Source: Lobosporangium transversale (taxonomy: Eukaryota). Taken from it: a DNA stretch of 64,000 bases. Under the pieces are notes generated by a model that was not told the DNA's origin, did no database searches, and saw nothing but the letters and a program-made list of their open reading frames with translations. Numbering within the stretch: the first letter of the stretch is position 1; each line of letters starts with the position of its first letter. This document shows, piece by piece, positions 47,203 to 60,730 of the stretch. A program made the position numbers and the translations under genes. The stretch covers positions 1 to 64,000 of the forward strand of contig NW_019028998.1 in the NCBI RefSeq assembly GCF_002105155.1, written 5' to 3'.

Positions 47203-50200
47203 ATGTTTGGGCAAAGAAATGGCGCTGCCCGCTCGCAAGCTGCCTCTGCCCCTCAAAAGCAAAGTACCTGCAGACCAACCGAAGCTGATAGCATCACGAC
47301 TCCGATTCGTTGGAGAACTTCATCCGAATCTATTTCTTCAATTGATTCAAATAATGTTCAAGCCAAGGCATCGGCTGCATCACACCAATTTCAGCATTCA
47401 TTTACACACCGCATCAATGGACAAAATCATCAACAAACTAATTCTACAGCTAATAAGGAACTCAACATTCAGGTAGTCGTTAGAATAAGGTATGAGTACA
47501 TCATATCCTCATTGGATTTTATATACGACCCAAAGTGCTAAAAAGCATATGTTTTTATTTTTTATTTTGGCATGAATCAGATCACGCAATGAACGAGAGG
47601 TCAGGGAGAATTCACCAATAGCAGTACAAGCCCAAAACAAAGAGATCTTGGTACCATCGACACTTGGCGATAGAGCACCGTCAAAATCATACAGCTTTGA
47701 TCGCGTCTTCTTGTACTCTGACCAAGAATGCATCTATAGCGAAGTTGTGACGCCTATCCTTGAGGAAGTACTTACTGGCTACAACTGTACGATTTTTGCT
47801 TATGGACAAACCGGCACTGGAAAGACATTTACTATGGAAGGTGATCTCCGTGACAACTTTGGAGAATGCTCAAGGGATGCTGGTATCATCCCCAGAACAC
47901 TTTATAGCTTGTTTGCAGCCCTGGAAAATAAGGATACGGAATTTTCGGTTCGCGTGTCATTTCTAGAGCTCTACAATGAGGAAGTCAAAGACCTTTTGGC
48001 ACCAGATGATGACCGAAAAGTGGTCAAGATCTTTGATAACATCAAAAAGCAAGGTCCTCTTATTCAAGGTCTCGAGGAAGTATCCGTGTTTACTCCAGCG
48101 CAGGGTATTGATGCGTTGAGGAAGGGTAGTGCCAAACGCACTGTTGCTTCCACAAAGAGCAACGATAAGTCTAGTCGATCCCACGGAGTGTTTTCAATCA
48201 CTGTGCACGTCAAAGAGGCCACAGATGATGGCGAGGAGCTTTTAAAGATTGGGAAACTAAACCTGGTTGACCTTGCAGGCTCTGAGAATATCGCACGGTC
48301 GGGAGCGGAAGCAATTCAAGCAAAGGAAGCAGGACGGATTAATCAAAGCTTATTAACTTTAGGGCGGGTTATTAATTCTCTAGTAGAGAGATCACAGCAC
48401 ATTCCATACAGGTGAGAGATTCAGTACTGAGCCCATGCATTCAATATGAAAAGCAACTGCTTACGTCTCTTTTTTCTTTTTTTTTATAAAAAAAAAAAAA
48501 AAAAAAAAAAAGAGAGAGCAAATTGACCAGGCTTCTTGAGGATTCGCTTGGAGGCAAGACAAAAACATGTATCATCGCCACTATATCACCCGCCAAATCA
48601 TGTCTGGAGGAGACAATTAGCACCCTAAACTATGCAAACAGAGCCAAAAACATTAAGAACACCCCTGAAGTCAATCAGAAAATGTCAAAGAAGACACTTA
48701 TCAAGGAATACCTTCTCGAAATCGACCGCTTAAAAGCCGATTTGAACGTAAGCCGCATACACCGAGTATTTTTTTTAAAAAAAAAAAGATGTATGCTAAA
48801 TGCTCTGGTATATGCCTCTCTATTTTGAAAATCTTTAGGCAACTCGAGAAAAAAATGGAGTTTTCATGACGCAGGAGTCCTATCAGGCGCTTCTCGATGA
48901 AAATACTAGTAACAAGGATTTAGTAGGCGAGACACAGAAGCAAGCAGACATGGTCGCGAAGGAGCTTGCTCGCATAGAGGAGAAGTATAGGGAAAATATG
49001 AAGGCGCTTTCGGCAACAGAACTCAAGCTTAGTATATCAAAATCAGAACTAAAATCCAAACGCATTGAATTACAGGAGGTACAGAACGAGCTGACTAAAA
49101 CCAAACAGGTCTTGGAGGAGGAGGTAATATTGCACCAAGCCCATGCTCACACCGAGAATGAGCTCAATACTGTTGCTGCAGAGCTTCGTGCAACTATTAT
49201 TGAAAGTGTTAAGGATATCGATGATCTTTATAAGGCACTGGATAGGAAGGATGTGATTGAGCATGAGAACCAATTAGCATTAAAAGGGTTTCAGAAGAAG
49301 CTAATAGGTCTCTCTGGAGAGCTCAAGGAGCGTGTTCAGAGCTTTGGTATAGGCCAAGTTGATCTCTTAGCCTCGGTTAAATGCAAAGTAGACAAGGCGT
49401 CCCAAGATACGGTGGCCGAAGCAGAGAGCATGCAGTCATTTTTGAGTGTACAAATGGAGCGCATTTCAAACGCTGTAGAGTCCTTCGATGCCCAGGAAAA
49501 CAGTATGTTGGAAAAGGTTCAGGCACTCAAGCAGGAGTTTGTCACTCTACGATCGGAAGTGATTGAATTTTTGAGCTCACGGATTGAAATTTTGAAGTTG
49601 AATGCTCAAGAGGGCTTCGAGGACTTGAAAAAGACTTTCATAGAATTTACTGAATTCGTCGAACAACACCAAGAAGTCACGAAGAGGCAGGCCCTAAAAG
49701 TGATTGATGATTCGACAAGGCTTTCCAAGGAGAGCTTCGAGGCTCATCAACATGCGCTTGATAAGTACGATAAAGTCACCCGCAGCGAGATTGAGCACAT
49801 GATGCTTCAGAATCGAGCATTACGACAGCAGCTGAAGGAGCAAGAGGCCGCGAAGGATGAGATTAAAAGGCATCTACTGACGAAGATTGGGGATCTGGTA
49901 GATGAATTCCTAGATAGTCAGGCCAATACCCTGATGGGATATTTCTCTAATACACATAATAAGCTGGAAGACTCCGCCTTGAGATTGGCAGACACTCACT
50001 CACAGCAGCGGACATGGTTGACTGAATTCGAGCGGACAGGGATCAAAAATATACAGGCTCTCACCGATTCAAGAAGTGCTCTTGGACAAGAAAGCGATAA
50101 AGCAATGTCCAGGATTACCGACAATAAACATGAATTTGTCGCCCAAGCACACGCCTTGGGTTCACATATCAGGAGTGATTTGCAGTCACAGCAGGCGACC

Positions 50201-51439
50201 GTGCAAACGCGAATGCTCGACGTGGGTACGAGAGTTTTGAAGGGTTACGATGAGCTGCAGTCGCAACGAGCCGCTACTGCCAAGGTCTTTTCGCAGACCT
50301 CGGACCACACCATCGCTGCGCTGCAGGATTTAAAAACACGTACTTCAACGTCCACTACAAACGCAGAGTCAGTGTATAATACAACTTCCCGCGAAGTAAG
50401 GCCTCATCATATGAATGATAATCTGCCCCTTGTATCACTTTTCATAACGATAAATGCTGAATTTTATCCTGAATTGCTCCATCCATTTTAGGTGGTGACT
50501 GCAATAGAACAACTTCAGAAATTTCGTGAAAATGCTAATCAGAGTCTGGGAACAACTCAAAAAGAGACGGAAGAGCTTGTGCTCCATAAATTCAAAGTGG
50601 ATAATTCGAGAGAGAGAACTCCTGCACGTAGAGAATATCAATATCCTCGCACATGGGGCCGTACTAGGCCGTCACAGGAATTGTTGAAAGAATTTCGCGA
50701 ACTAGGTTGCGTCAAGACTTATACGACGGACCAGGGCACTTATCCCAAGGGACTTTCTGATCTAGGCAATAACATAATGACCTCATTTGTACAAGACCAA
50801 GGACCAAGGAATGTGTATGCTTCACAGATAGCGGGCCCTGAGGTCGATGCAACATCAAAAACTAGCACGACCGACAATGACAGTTACGTCCATGTTATGA
50901 AAACCATTCATTCCACTGGCATACAAACAAAGTCGCCGTCTAAAAGCTCTTCACAGTCGCCATTTGGACAGGAAATTGAGAAAGAGGATAATACGAGCAC
51001 ACAGTTAACAACAGTCAACCAAGGCAGCTACATGAAACGGGACTCGACTAGTCTTAGCCATGTGGTGACAGGAGTGCAAGCTATACGTGTCAAGAGATCT
51101 GCGTCAGACATGGACAACGAGTGTGGAGATGAGACCATCTCCCATCATACAGATGACAAAAACAATAACTTGAATGATATCGACAACAGTGCGCAAGCTT
51201 CTTCGGCAGGGCTTTTGAAGACGCAAACAATATCTAATCAAAAAGACCCATTATTCTCAGATGTCGACACTACTGCGCACTTTATCCCAGTAGTGGCCGC
51301 GACCTCTGGAGTTGCGGGGTTCGGTATGGGCAAATCAGGGTTGATGAACGGGGTTGAAGGCCCTCGTAAAGTCAGCCGATCAATGGCAGGAGGAAAGCCT
51401 GTGAGGCGTGGTTTTCTTTCTGGGAATAATAGGTCATGA
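47203..51439 (+). CDS. Kinesin-5 (BimC/Cin8/Kip1/Eg5 family) mitotic motor
   Basis: [62 protein letters not shown], a coiled-coil stalk and a BimC-box-like [10 protein letters not shown]. Confidence 0.95.
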
Positions 51440-51572
51440 AGGGACTTCCCAGGGCTTATTTATATACCATTGTTATTTAAAATACTAGCACCAATGCTAC
51501 TCAAAATGATGACCTTTATCAGATTCATAATAAATAGGTTGGTCTCAACATGTATATTTCTATATCTATACA

Positions 51573-52622
51573 TTATCCTGACAAAACAGAAAGACGTTGT
51601 TTAGTTGAAGCTGTGATGGTGTTGAATTCTTCAGAAGAAATCCAGGCTGCATAGCCTGGACGGCTGTCAAGGACTTGTTTGAGTTTGAACAGACCCGGGG
51701 TAGCTAACGAGAACATATTACGTTCACTATTGGTTTGAGGATTGCACTCTGGAATTGCCATGAATCGTTCCAGACAAATCACGGAGCGTATATCTGCAAG
51801 TGAAAGCTGTATAATATACGCGAGTTAACGCTACTGCTATCATTGTCTTGAATACAATCTCGTGGGATTTTTTTGTTATCTATACGAACCTGATCGCCAA
51901 CATAATGTCCATTATTTCCGTTTTTGGCTAGCCATTTCTCATGTTGCGAGATCCATACAGGTAAGTCTTTAGTCAGGAATTTCTCCAATTCGCGCTGTTT
52001 TATATCTGGAAATGCAAGAAGAACCTTATTTATGTAAAATGACATGATGGCGTTCGAAGAGGAGTAGAATACATTGATAGCAGTTTCTTCCCATTCATCT
52101 TGTCCCAACAGACCAAACTTTCTCGCCAGATAGCGCTCTATAGCCTCCGACTCCGGAATTTCGAGGACAAGGCCAGGGTTAGTAGAGGGTAAGGATGGAC
52201 TGGAACGATGGATTTCGTAAAGAATGGGCATTACTCCAAGTGGGGTATGAGGCTTTTCGGACACCCAATCCTGACAGAGCAAAAGTAGGCAACATCATTG
52301 TAAGAGATATAGCCGAATATCAAATATAAAAAGATGATAATAAATGGTGTGCCGGAATCATTCAATAAAATACTCGTTTTTTTTTTTTTTTTTTTTGCAC
52401 TCTTACACTAGGATAGATGTTCTCCCATTTCACACCAGAAACCGCAAGGATAGCGCGCGTGGTCGCAGCCATGCCGTGAAGCTTCAGATATAGAACCTTG
52501 TATGAAACATTATTGTTTGCTGAATTTACTTCATGCGTGGCTGCCGCTGCTTCAGCAAGCTCGCGACGTGTTCTTGTTGTGAATGCTGAGCCTGGTAGTC
52601 CAGTGCTTGGAGAATGGGCCAT
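51573..52622 (-). CDS. Glutathione S-transferase
   Basis: KVLYLKLHGMAATTRAIL, TPLGVMPIL, IPESEAIERYLARKFGLLG and NGHYVGDQ|LSLADI; three exons. Confidence 0.9.
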
Positions 52623-52912
52623 GGCGAGTTGTGGAGAAATGTCAGATCAGTGAAATTGGAAATAAAGATATTGAAAAGAAAGGGATCTAGCGTTTTAAGA
52701 ACTACACATTATATAGCTATGAGGAATGAGCCACTTCTAACGCATTTTGTGTCACAATGATTCATTGTGCGATGAAAGATTGTAGATCAACATTGGTTTT
52801 AATAGATTATCCAGCATATTTTGGATTGCAACACAGGCAAACACGCATGTCTGTAATTCATAGTTATTCTCCACCTCTGGTCCTGTCCTCCCACTTGACC
52901 TCAACCTCAACC

Positions 52913-55900
52913 TCAACCTCGACCTCGACCTCGACCTCGTCCTCGTCCTCGTCCTCGCCATAGTGCCCACGGCTTCTTTGAACTGGATTTCTCTTTAGGT
53001 CTACCCCTCCCAGGAACAAAGGTCTGAGTGGGTTTGCTGCGAATTGCCATACTTCCATTAGCTGTCGTAGCATGGCTTCCAAAGAGGACTGACCTCGCGC
53101 CATATCGGTCCTGATCAACAGTATTAGTAGAGGTTGCTCGTCTCGATATTCCATGGGCGGGTAATCCAGCCTGAGGACTTGCGGATTCCGAACAAGAAAC
53201 GGTATTCATTGCAATGGGCATCGGGCCAACTCCAGGCCCAAAAGTTACTCCTTTCTTCTTGCCTGCTGTAGAAGATCGTGTCCGTTTACTATTACCGCGA
53301 GCTCTAGTATGGACGGCACCTTCATCGAATTGTGCAAAGTACATTGCCATGGCTGGATCATCGCGTCGCTTCCTCAAGTCCACAAAATCCTCAAGAACAG
53401 AATCAAGTCCCTCGCATTGATCATGTCCTTCAGCCTCCGTGATTTCAGCGTGGTCCAATGTATTGCCAAGCCCTACGTATTGTCTTAATCTATCATTTTC
53501 ATGTGAATGTCTCCCCTTATCCGACCAGTCTTGACTTTGAAACCCATAGCTGCCTAGCGAAGACAAGCTCCCTTCTTGCAAAATGGCATTCGGATTTAAA
53601 GTTTCTATTGAAGAGGAGGAATTAAACGATGTTTGCACTTGCGCTGGACTCCCTTCGGAGCTAGTCTCAAACAGCTTCTTTAATGTCGTCGCGGCTACCT
53701 TAGCGGTCTTGGATATGGTGAGTGAACCAGGGATAGCACCGATGCCACCAACGACACCACCTAGTCCTACTCCTTTAACTTGGCGTTGGTCTAGATGCTC
53801 CAACATAAGTAGATCATTTTCTTGACTCCAAAGGTTTCCTGTCATCGGATGCCGACGCCCAATTTCAATATCGTCATCTTCATCAAGTGTAGTTGTGCGG
53901 GAGCGACCGTGGTTCCGCTTGAGTAACTGCTGACGCCGCTCACGGGCTGATATTGGGAGTAGATCATCTAGTACTGACGACTTTGGTTTTGATCCTTTCT
54001 TCGATCTCATTGTTCCACGAGTTGGATTATCATCACCAACACGCTGTTCCTCATCAGAATCATCGAGTAGCACCATTGACTTGGATGACCTCTTCTTAAT
54101 AGGGCTCCTCGTCTTGGATCGAGATTTGGTCCTAGTTGATATGTCCGAATACTTGGTCGTTGCAGGCGCTTTGTTGGAAGACTTAAAAGAGCGATTCACC
54201 ATGGAGGATGGCTCGGGCATGTCTAAGAAGTCCTCCAGGTCATTATCGCCGTTCTGAGAGACTTCGCCAGAAGTCATGGTTGGCACTGGCAGGCTGTTAC
54301 TGGTCTCGTCTTTGCTTAATGGTTGTGGTGTGATCGGTTCTGATTTTTGAGTATAAGTGGACTTTCTCCAGCGAAAAGGGCTCTCTGATGCTGATGGTAA
54401 AGACTCAGGAAGGACCTGACCAGGTTGGATTTTAAATGCGCTTTGACTCGACTGACTTTCATATTCAGACATGTAGGCGGTTTCGGCCTCTGTCAGAGGC
54501 CTTTCACTCAAGATCGCAGAATCATCTTCGCCTGCCTTTTGAATGAATGCTTTCGAAGTATCCGTGCTCCTAAGACGACTGTGATCATTGAATTTTGATC
54601 CTTGACGAGGCGATTCGAGAGTAAGACTGTCCACTTTTTGAGTAGGCGTCTCCAGTGAAACTACAGCGTTTTGCGGAGCTTTGACGGGCGTCCTAGGAGA
54701 GTTTGAATCCAGACAATCGCTAGACGTTGGTCTATTTGCAGCATCAGGAGAAACAGAGTTGATATGGGGCAGCCCATACACAAGGCGGTTATGTGATGGT
54801 GTGCCTTCGCAGACATCTATATCCTGCCCCTGGCTTCGGTCTTGGTAACTTTTCTCCAAAGCGAGAGCAATGGCTTCATCTCGTTTCACCATATCATCAT
54901 TCTTCTGCTTCTCCATAGCAAGCAACTCTGCATCGACATGTTCGTTCAACTCCTCAATGGGTACCATAGTATCGCAGATAGGACACTTATTCATCGGCTC
55001 TTGGGATAGGGTAGGTGAGATCCCTTCAAAACTGTAGCTCTCCTGCTCTTGTTCCAATTTCTCGTGAATTCTATGAGCCTGCCCTTTCTGTTGAGTTCTA
55101 TAATCTGGTTTCCCCTGTCGCTGAAATAAATAGGCTTGAGACCTGTCATAGCTCGCCGGTAGGTTCGTCCCTGAGTCTTTGAAAGGAAGCGCTAGATCTC
55201 GACGAGCTAGGAGTCTCAAGCCATTATATCGCCGCGCTCTGTGCCTTACTTGCTCACGCTCCGCTCTCTGTGTCCTTTGATCATCTGAAAAGTCTTCAAT
55301 GTCCTCACTTTGAGAGATGGTGAACTGTGTACTGGGGTGAAACTGTGTCAGCAATTGCGGTGATTCGGAGTGGGTTGAGAATGACTCAATAGTTTCAAGT
55401 GTATGTACATTGTTGACTTCATCCTGCTGGCATGTGTACGCTGCTGCTGCTCTCAATGCCGATTCCATGGCTGAAACATCAGGCGTAATCTCTGAAAGCT
55501 TAATCTTCTTAGGAGATGAAGCCATATAGTGTCGTTCGGATCGCCGTCTCGTACGCGGGCCTGCCAAGGGTGCATCATCATTTCTGTCCTCGAAGGACAC
55601 ATTGCTCGCTGATTGCGCCGTTTCATTATTTCTGCTGTATGTCCAGTCTGAAGCTAGCGCTTGTTTTATATTCCGACGTTGAGAGGCATGTCCTGTCCTC
55701 AATGAAGACCTTGCATTTTGCTCAAGTGTTGGATGGTTGGAAGATGATTTCAATATATGGTTTTCCTTTACTGTATCACGGTCTGCATCGCAGTACGGCG
55801 ATAATTCTGGTGAGAGTGACAACAGTACCTCTCCTAAAGTTTCTTTGGTCCTTGGTATTTGCTCTAACTTCCTCTGTTTTTTTTTAGTATCTGCTAGGCC

Positions 55901-57548
55901 ACCATGCTTTGGTTTCTTCCTTAGGTCCGTGGCAAGGTCCTCATCAGAAGGAATATTCAATATTAGAGGTCGAGGTTTAGTCAGCTTGGTGATTGGATGT
56001 GATGTTTGTGTGTTCAAGTCCTGTGAAGCGAGGTATCTTCTTGAAATAATGCAAGACTCTTGGCTTTCAATGAGATACTCCTGCGTACATGCTTCATCAC
56101 GCTCTTTAAATTGTGACCTTGAGGCAGAGAAAACATGGCTTCGTCCCGATGAGGCTACATCAGATGAATCCATTTCAGCTTCAGAATCAGAAATAACAAA
56201 ACGCGAGACACTCTTTCTTTCATCCCCTTCAAGAACATAATCAGTCCGAGGCAGATCCAAATGAGCTGAGTGGGCAGAAGCTCTTATCTCCCTGGACAGC
56301 CATAGATCTGACGTGGTTTCAGTCTCGGAGTATTCATCTTCGGAATCAAGGACTATGTTATATTGACGGATCCTTTGCTTTGAAGTTGGTGTCGAGAGCA
56401 CGATGTCTTTGTCAGGACCTTCTGTGATTGACCATGGCATCTTATTTGCAGACCCCAAAGGCTCGGTTAAAGATGGTGTCCTTGAGGGTGCAAGTGGCTG
56501 TGGTATAATGTCATCCGCGGTTGGATGGCGGACAGACCTCGGGATGCGCGAAATCTGCCTGAATATGCTCTTGCCGGTCTCCATGGAAAGTTCATCAAGA
56601 TCATCCTCGCTCAAGTCCAAAGCTTCCTTAGATGTTATATGATGGATGACGGGCGAATCCATCAGTTGATCATTGTCGTCATCACTGCTGGATATGATAT
56701 TAATAGGAAGCTGGAAGGCTTTTGATCGCACCTAAATGATATTTCATACAGTCTTCCGGTCTAAGAAATCTTTGAAGCCCACTCAGACTTAAAACTTTCG
56801 ATACAAGTACAGACGCTCTTACCAAAGTCTTCCTTGTGGCTCTACTCCTTGAAGTTAAGGAAACCTTTTTATTGTCTTTGGTCCTAAAATCTGACTCTCT
56901 ATGGGTCATACATAGCGGCTCAAGTTGTGAATCACCAAGGATTGTCTCCTCCTGATCTGAGCAAACGACTTCAACTACTTCGTCACGACGTTTTTTCGGC
57001 GAAGCCAGTCTGAATCCTGGGCTCTCGCTTCGCGTACAATCAAGTGTTGATGCAGAAGTCGACATGAGGATCATGGGCTCAAGGTCAAACCTCGACTTCC
57101 CAAAGGAGGCTCTTCGCAGCTTATTGTGGATGTTCGAATGCTGAGGTTGGCTGTCACTTCGATTTTTCGCAATATCTGTAGATATCAGTTCATGTTTTGC
57201 TTCTGCGGTGTTGGTAGAGAGCCATGGGTCGATCAGTAGTTGACCTTTGTTGCCACCAATTTTGCACAACCGACCTCTGCCCCTGGTTTTTTCAGATTTC
57301 TGATCATTCCTTCCACTGACTTGGCCAGGAGAATTATTGCTGCCATTTCTATTCCCATATTTACCACTGCTAGCGTTAGAATCAGCGGCCATAATACGGT
57401 TAAGATTTAATTCATAGCCAGAATATCTTCTATTATCCTCTTTGAGTGCCGACCGGCCGAATGCTTCCTCGGCGTGGTTTTCCATCCCAATATGTTGTTG
57501 CTTCAGCAATAGATTCAGATGCAATAACCACCACAGCTTCAGATACCT
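52913..57548 (-). CDS. Large (>1500 aa) disordered protein with a UBZ-type zinc finger and C-terminal RG repeat
   Basis: Exon 56731-52913 (1272 codons open) joins in frame via TTG|GTAAGA...TTTAG|GTG to exon ~57548-56823. It contains CPICDTMVPIEELNEHVD and ends in (RG)6. Further small upstream exons to ~58159 are plausible but uncertain. Confidence 0.75.
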
Positions 57549-59199
57549 TAAAAAAATATACAAATCAATTCTGGTTTAGGACATGTGCGAACAGAAAGCG
57601 GCAAGTAGCAATCGACTAAACACAAGCATATTTACGAATTGTGGGGCCTGCATCTCAAATTAGCTCTAATGATTACCTATAATTCAAATGCCCGGATGCT
57701 GATTTATAAAAAAAAAGACAATGCCGACCAGACAAGAGAGATCTTTGTGAGAAAAAGGAAGCAAACACATGTTCTTTAGCATTTTGCAGTTTTTTGACCA
57801 TTAACCTTTACCTTCTCATAAGTGCAAGATGGGCCCTTTTGAAAATGCAAGGACTCTAAAACTGCAAGGCCATCCCTTTCTCGACATTTCTTTGTCTTCT
57901 AAAATGAAGTAAGAACGGATATCAACCTATGACCTGTGCAGGATAGTGGCTAACACCTACAAGCAAGAGCAAGCAAGGTCAAAAAACAATGCACTCTTAG
58001 ATATCTGGAGCAGGTCTTTGAGGACATATTGCCTCCTAGTCCCAAAAATATACTCACGAAGCTCGTTAAGACATCATCAAAGATACCACCCATACTACCC
58101 TGCTCACCCTTTTGTTCATTCTTAGTACTCCTTAATGCATTGTAAGCGTCCTTTGACATGTTTCCTTATGGGAGCTGGTCTCTTCACACGTTTCTTCGCG
58201 ATCAAACCGGCCTTTCGAAACAGCATTAGATTATCGGAGCAGATGCGGTTTTGTGAAAGAAGCTGGTTGACCTTGCTCTTAGCATCAACGCCAGTCTTAA
58301 GAGCATCCCATTTCAAATTGTTTTTGAGATACTCCGGTCTTGACTGGAGGTCTTTCTAAGACGCTCTCTTATTGACGAGTATGCTTTCTCTTTTGGCAGA
58401 AAATGTTCAGCTGGCAATAGCAGCAGCTTTTTCGAGTGGTAAACGCCGCTCGACATTAACTCTATGGCTTTTTTAGCAGCCGTTTGTGGAATTGATTTTA
58501 CAAATGGGAAAAAGTACTGAGCAAACTCACATTCCAGAAAATTAATTGTGCTACAATACCGGAAGCGAGCAATATTGTAACTGGATAGGAAAGCTCATTC
58601 GAGGTCATGTCTCTATCAATGACCCCACGAGAGGCTATGGAGAAGATAATAAAAGAGACACAAAGTACAACTCTTGAGATACACTTCTCCATGAATCCTA
58701 ATATTATTATATCCCCACTCGTGAAGGCTGTAAAATTTCATTCAATAACGCTAAGAGTTCTCGAGAATATTTATTGCAGCTGTATAATGTATCCTGAGAG
58801 TTACATTCCTTTTGTAGATGGCCTGAGAGACTTTACTGAAACGATATATTGTCTTGACTGGTCCTGGATATCTTGCTTAAAGACAATAAGAATAACAATG
58901 TTTCAAAAAGATATTACTTCACCTCAAAGAATCCGGTTACCTTACTGCACAAATTCCAAGGTAATGCTGTTTACAATGCTGTAGAGTGGCACGACGTGCA
59001 ATTGCATGGAGTAATAGAGAGACGACACACTTGTTGGACATATTAGGTTCGTTATTGTGTACAAGTTTTTCCCTTTTTTTTTAATCTTCTATTTGTATTC
59101 GCTTTTCTTGACCAAGTTCCTTGCCATGGTCGAATTAAGAGCATTTATGTGTCACTACAATGCCTATATCGCCCTTCATTGCCTTAATCTGGTCAATAG

Positions 59200-59327
59200 C
59201 TACTGCGCAAAGAAGCCCAGCTTCCGCGCAGGGTCACCCTGCAATCTCTTTGTTAAGTCGCTCTCTGCCTCTTCTTTAATTTTTGCATCAAGATTTTTGA
59301 TTAAAGCTTGTCCCATTGTTTTACCGA

Positions 59328-59362
<35 letters not shown>

Positions 59363-60560
59363 CGAGAAAGAGGGCGAAAAAAAAAAAAAAAAAAAAAAAG
59401 TAAGATGATAGGTTCACATGATTACATTGTAAGATCATAACTTGGAGACCATCATACCTGAATCATCTCTAGTAGTAAACTGGGCTCAATGCTTCCGTCG
59501 TGGTTCTTCTGTAATCCGCAGATCTCCCCAGCTCGATTTACGGCAACCACAAGCTTTGCTTCCGTGCAGAGCTCTTCTAATAGTGTTGCATCTACAATAT
59601 GCCGTGTGCCAATCTAGGAAATTAAGCGAAGTTGGCAGTTGAGAAATCATACATCTGTTTAAGAGTCTCTGATATCAAGTAAATATATAACTCTAAAGAG
59701 ATTGCTTGCTCCTGGTTTTTGTCTTCAATATCGATTTACCTTATTAAGCGTAATACAAATGGGCATATCTTCCCTGCCGTGCACGAAATCTATATCCTCT
59801 TCATCATCCAGAACCTCGAACTCAAACTGCCCATCTCCTAGATCCTGAACTTCGGTTTTTGGAATTTTGGTGTCATAAATAGCAGCACGTACACCCATGA
59901 AGATCGCATCCATAAGATTACCACCATAGTCCAAAACCAAAGCGTCGACGAAAAGAATCCAGCATTGTTGCCCAGGGATAATGCAGAGTTTGGATAAATC
60001 AATACCTCCAGATCCTGAACATGTGGGCGATAAAGATGAAATAGCTGTATTATTAGAGCAGAGGAATCGAGACATCATCTGCGTGAGTTCGTTATTGAGA
60101 TCGTCAGCCCCTCGTCCTTCGAATTGCTGTGATGCGCTTGGAGCACTAAAAAAAGTCAAATTCGAGCAAAATGCTTCGTTTTAATATACTGCATGCTGTA
60201 AACCGTTTTAAACAAAGAAGAGCTCCTGCATTGACTGAAAAGCCGCTACTCCTAATGGCTGATTTGCCTCGTTTAAGTTGAAGTGACTTGCCATTCTATA
60301 CTGCATATTATTTGGCCTTTATCCGCACCATCGCCTGTCTCTGGGTCAACTTGGACAGGTCCAATTTCTGCTTTTACACTGATAAGAACATCAGAGCCTC
60401 CCGCAATACGGACACGAGCAGAGCCACTAGTTTGTGAAACTACGCTTGTCTCGAGTGTGATCTCACGAAAGTCAGACCTTTGGCGACCATCTGCTCTAAT
60501 ATTGCACTCGATGCCTTTAAGAATATAATCACGCTCAGCGGGGGAAATTAGACTAGGCAT
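59200..60560 (-). CDS. RRP42: Exosome core subunit Rrp42/EXOSC7
   Basis: ISPAERDYI..IRADGR..DFR, GSARVR, DLSKLCIIPGQQCWILFVDALVL..GGNL, DATLLEE and a terminal KLGFF. Confidence 0.93.
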
Positions 60561-60730
60561 GGTCTTTGACTGTACAATGAGAATGTTCATGAGAAAAAAA
60601 AAAAAAAAAAAAAAAAAGCATTTGACTGAGGCACTGGTGGCTTGTTTTCTGTTATGCTGTTGCAAATTTCCCACTATCATTTTTCAATTTTGCAAAGTAT
60701 TTTAGCATTTATTGAGATACACATTCATTT

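Noticed and set aside
58122..59043. Separate gene(s) between the UBZ protein and RRP42 (e.g. ORF 58607-58984 +, or a spliced minus-strand ORF from ~59043)
   Set aside because: I could not assemble a consistent spliced frame or find any family motif; left unannotated.
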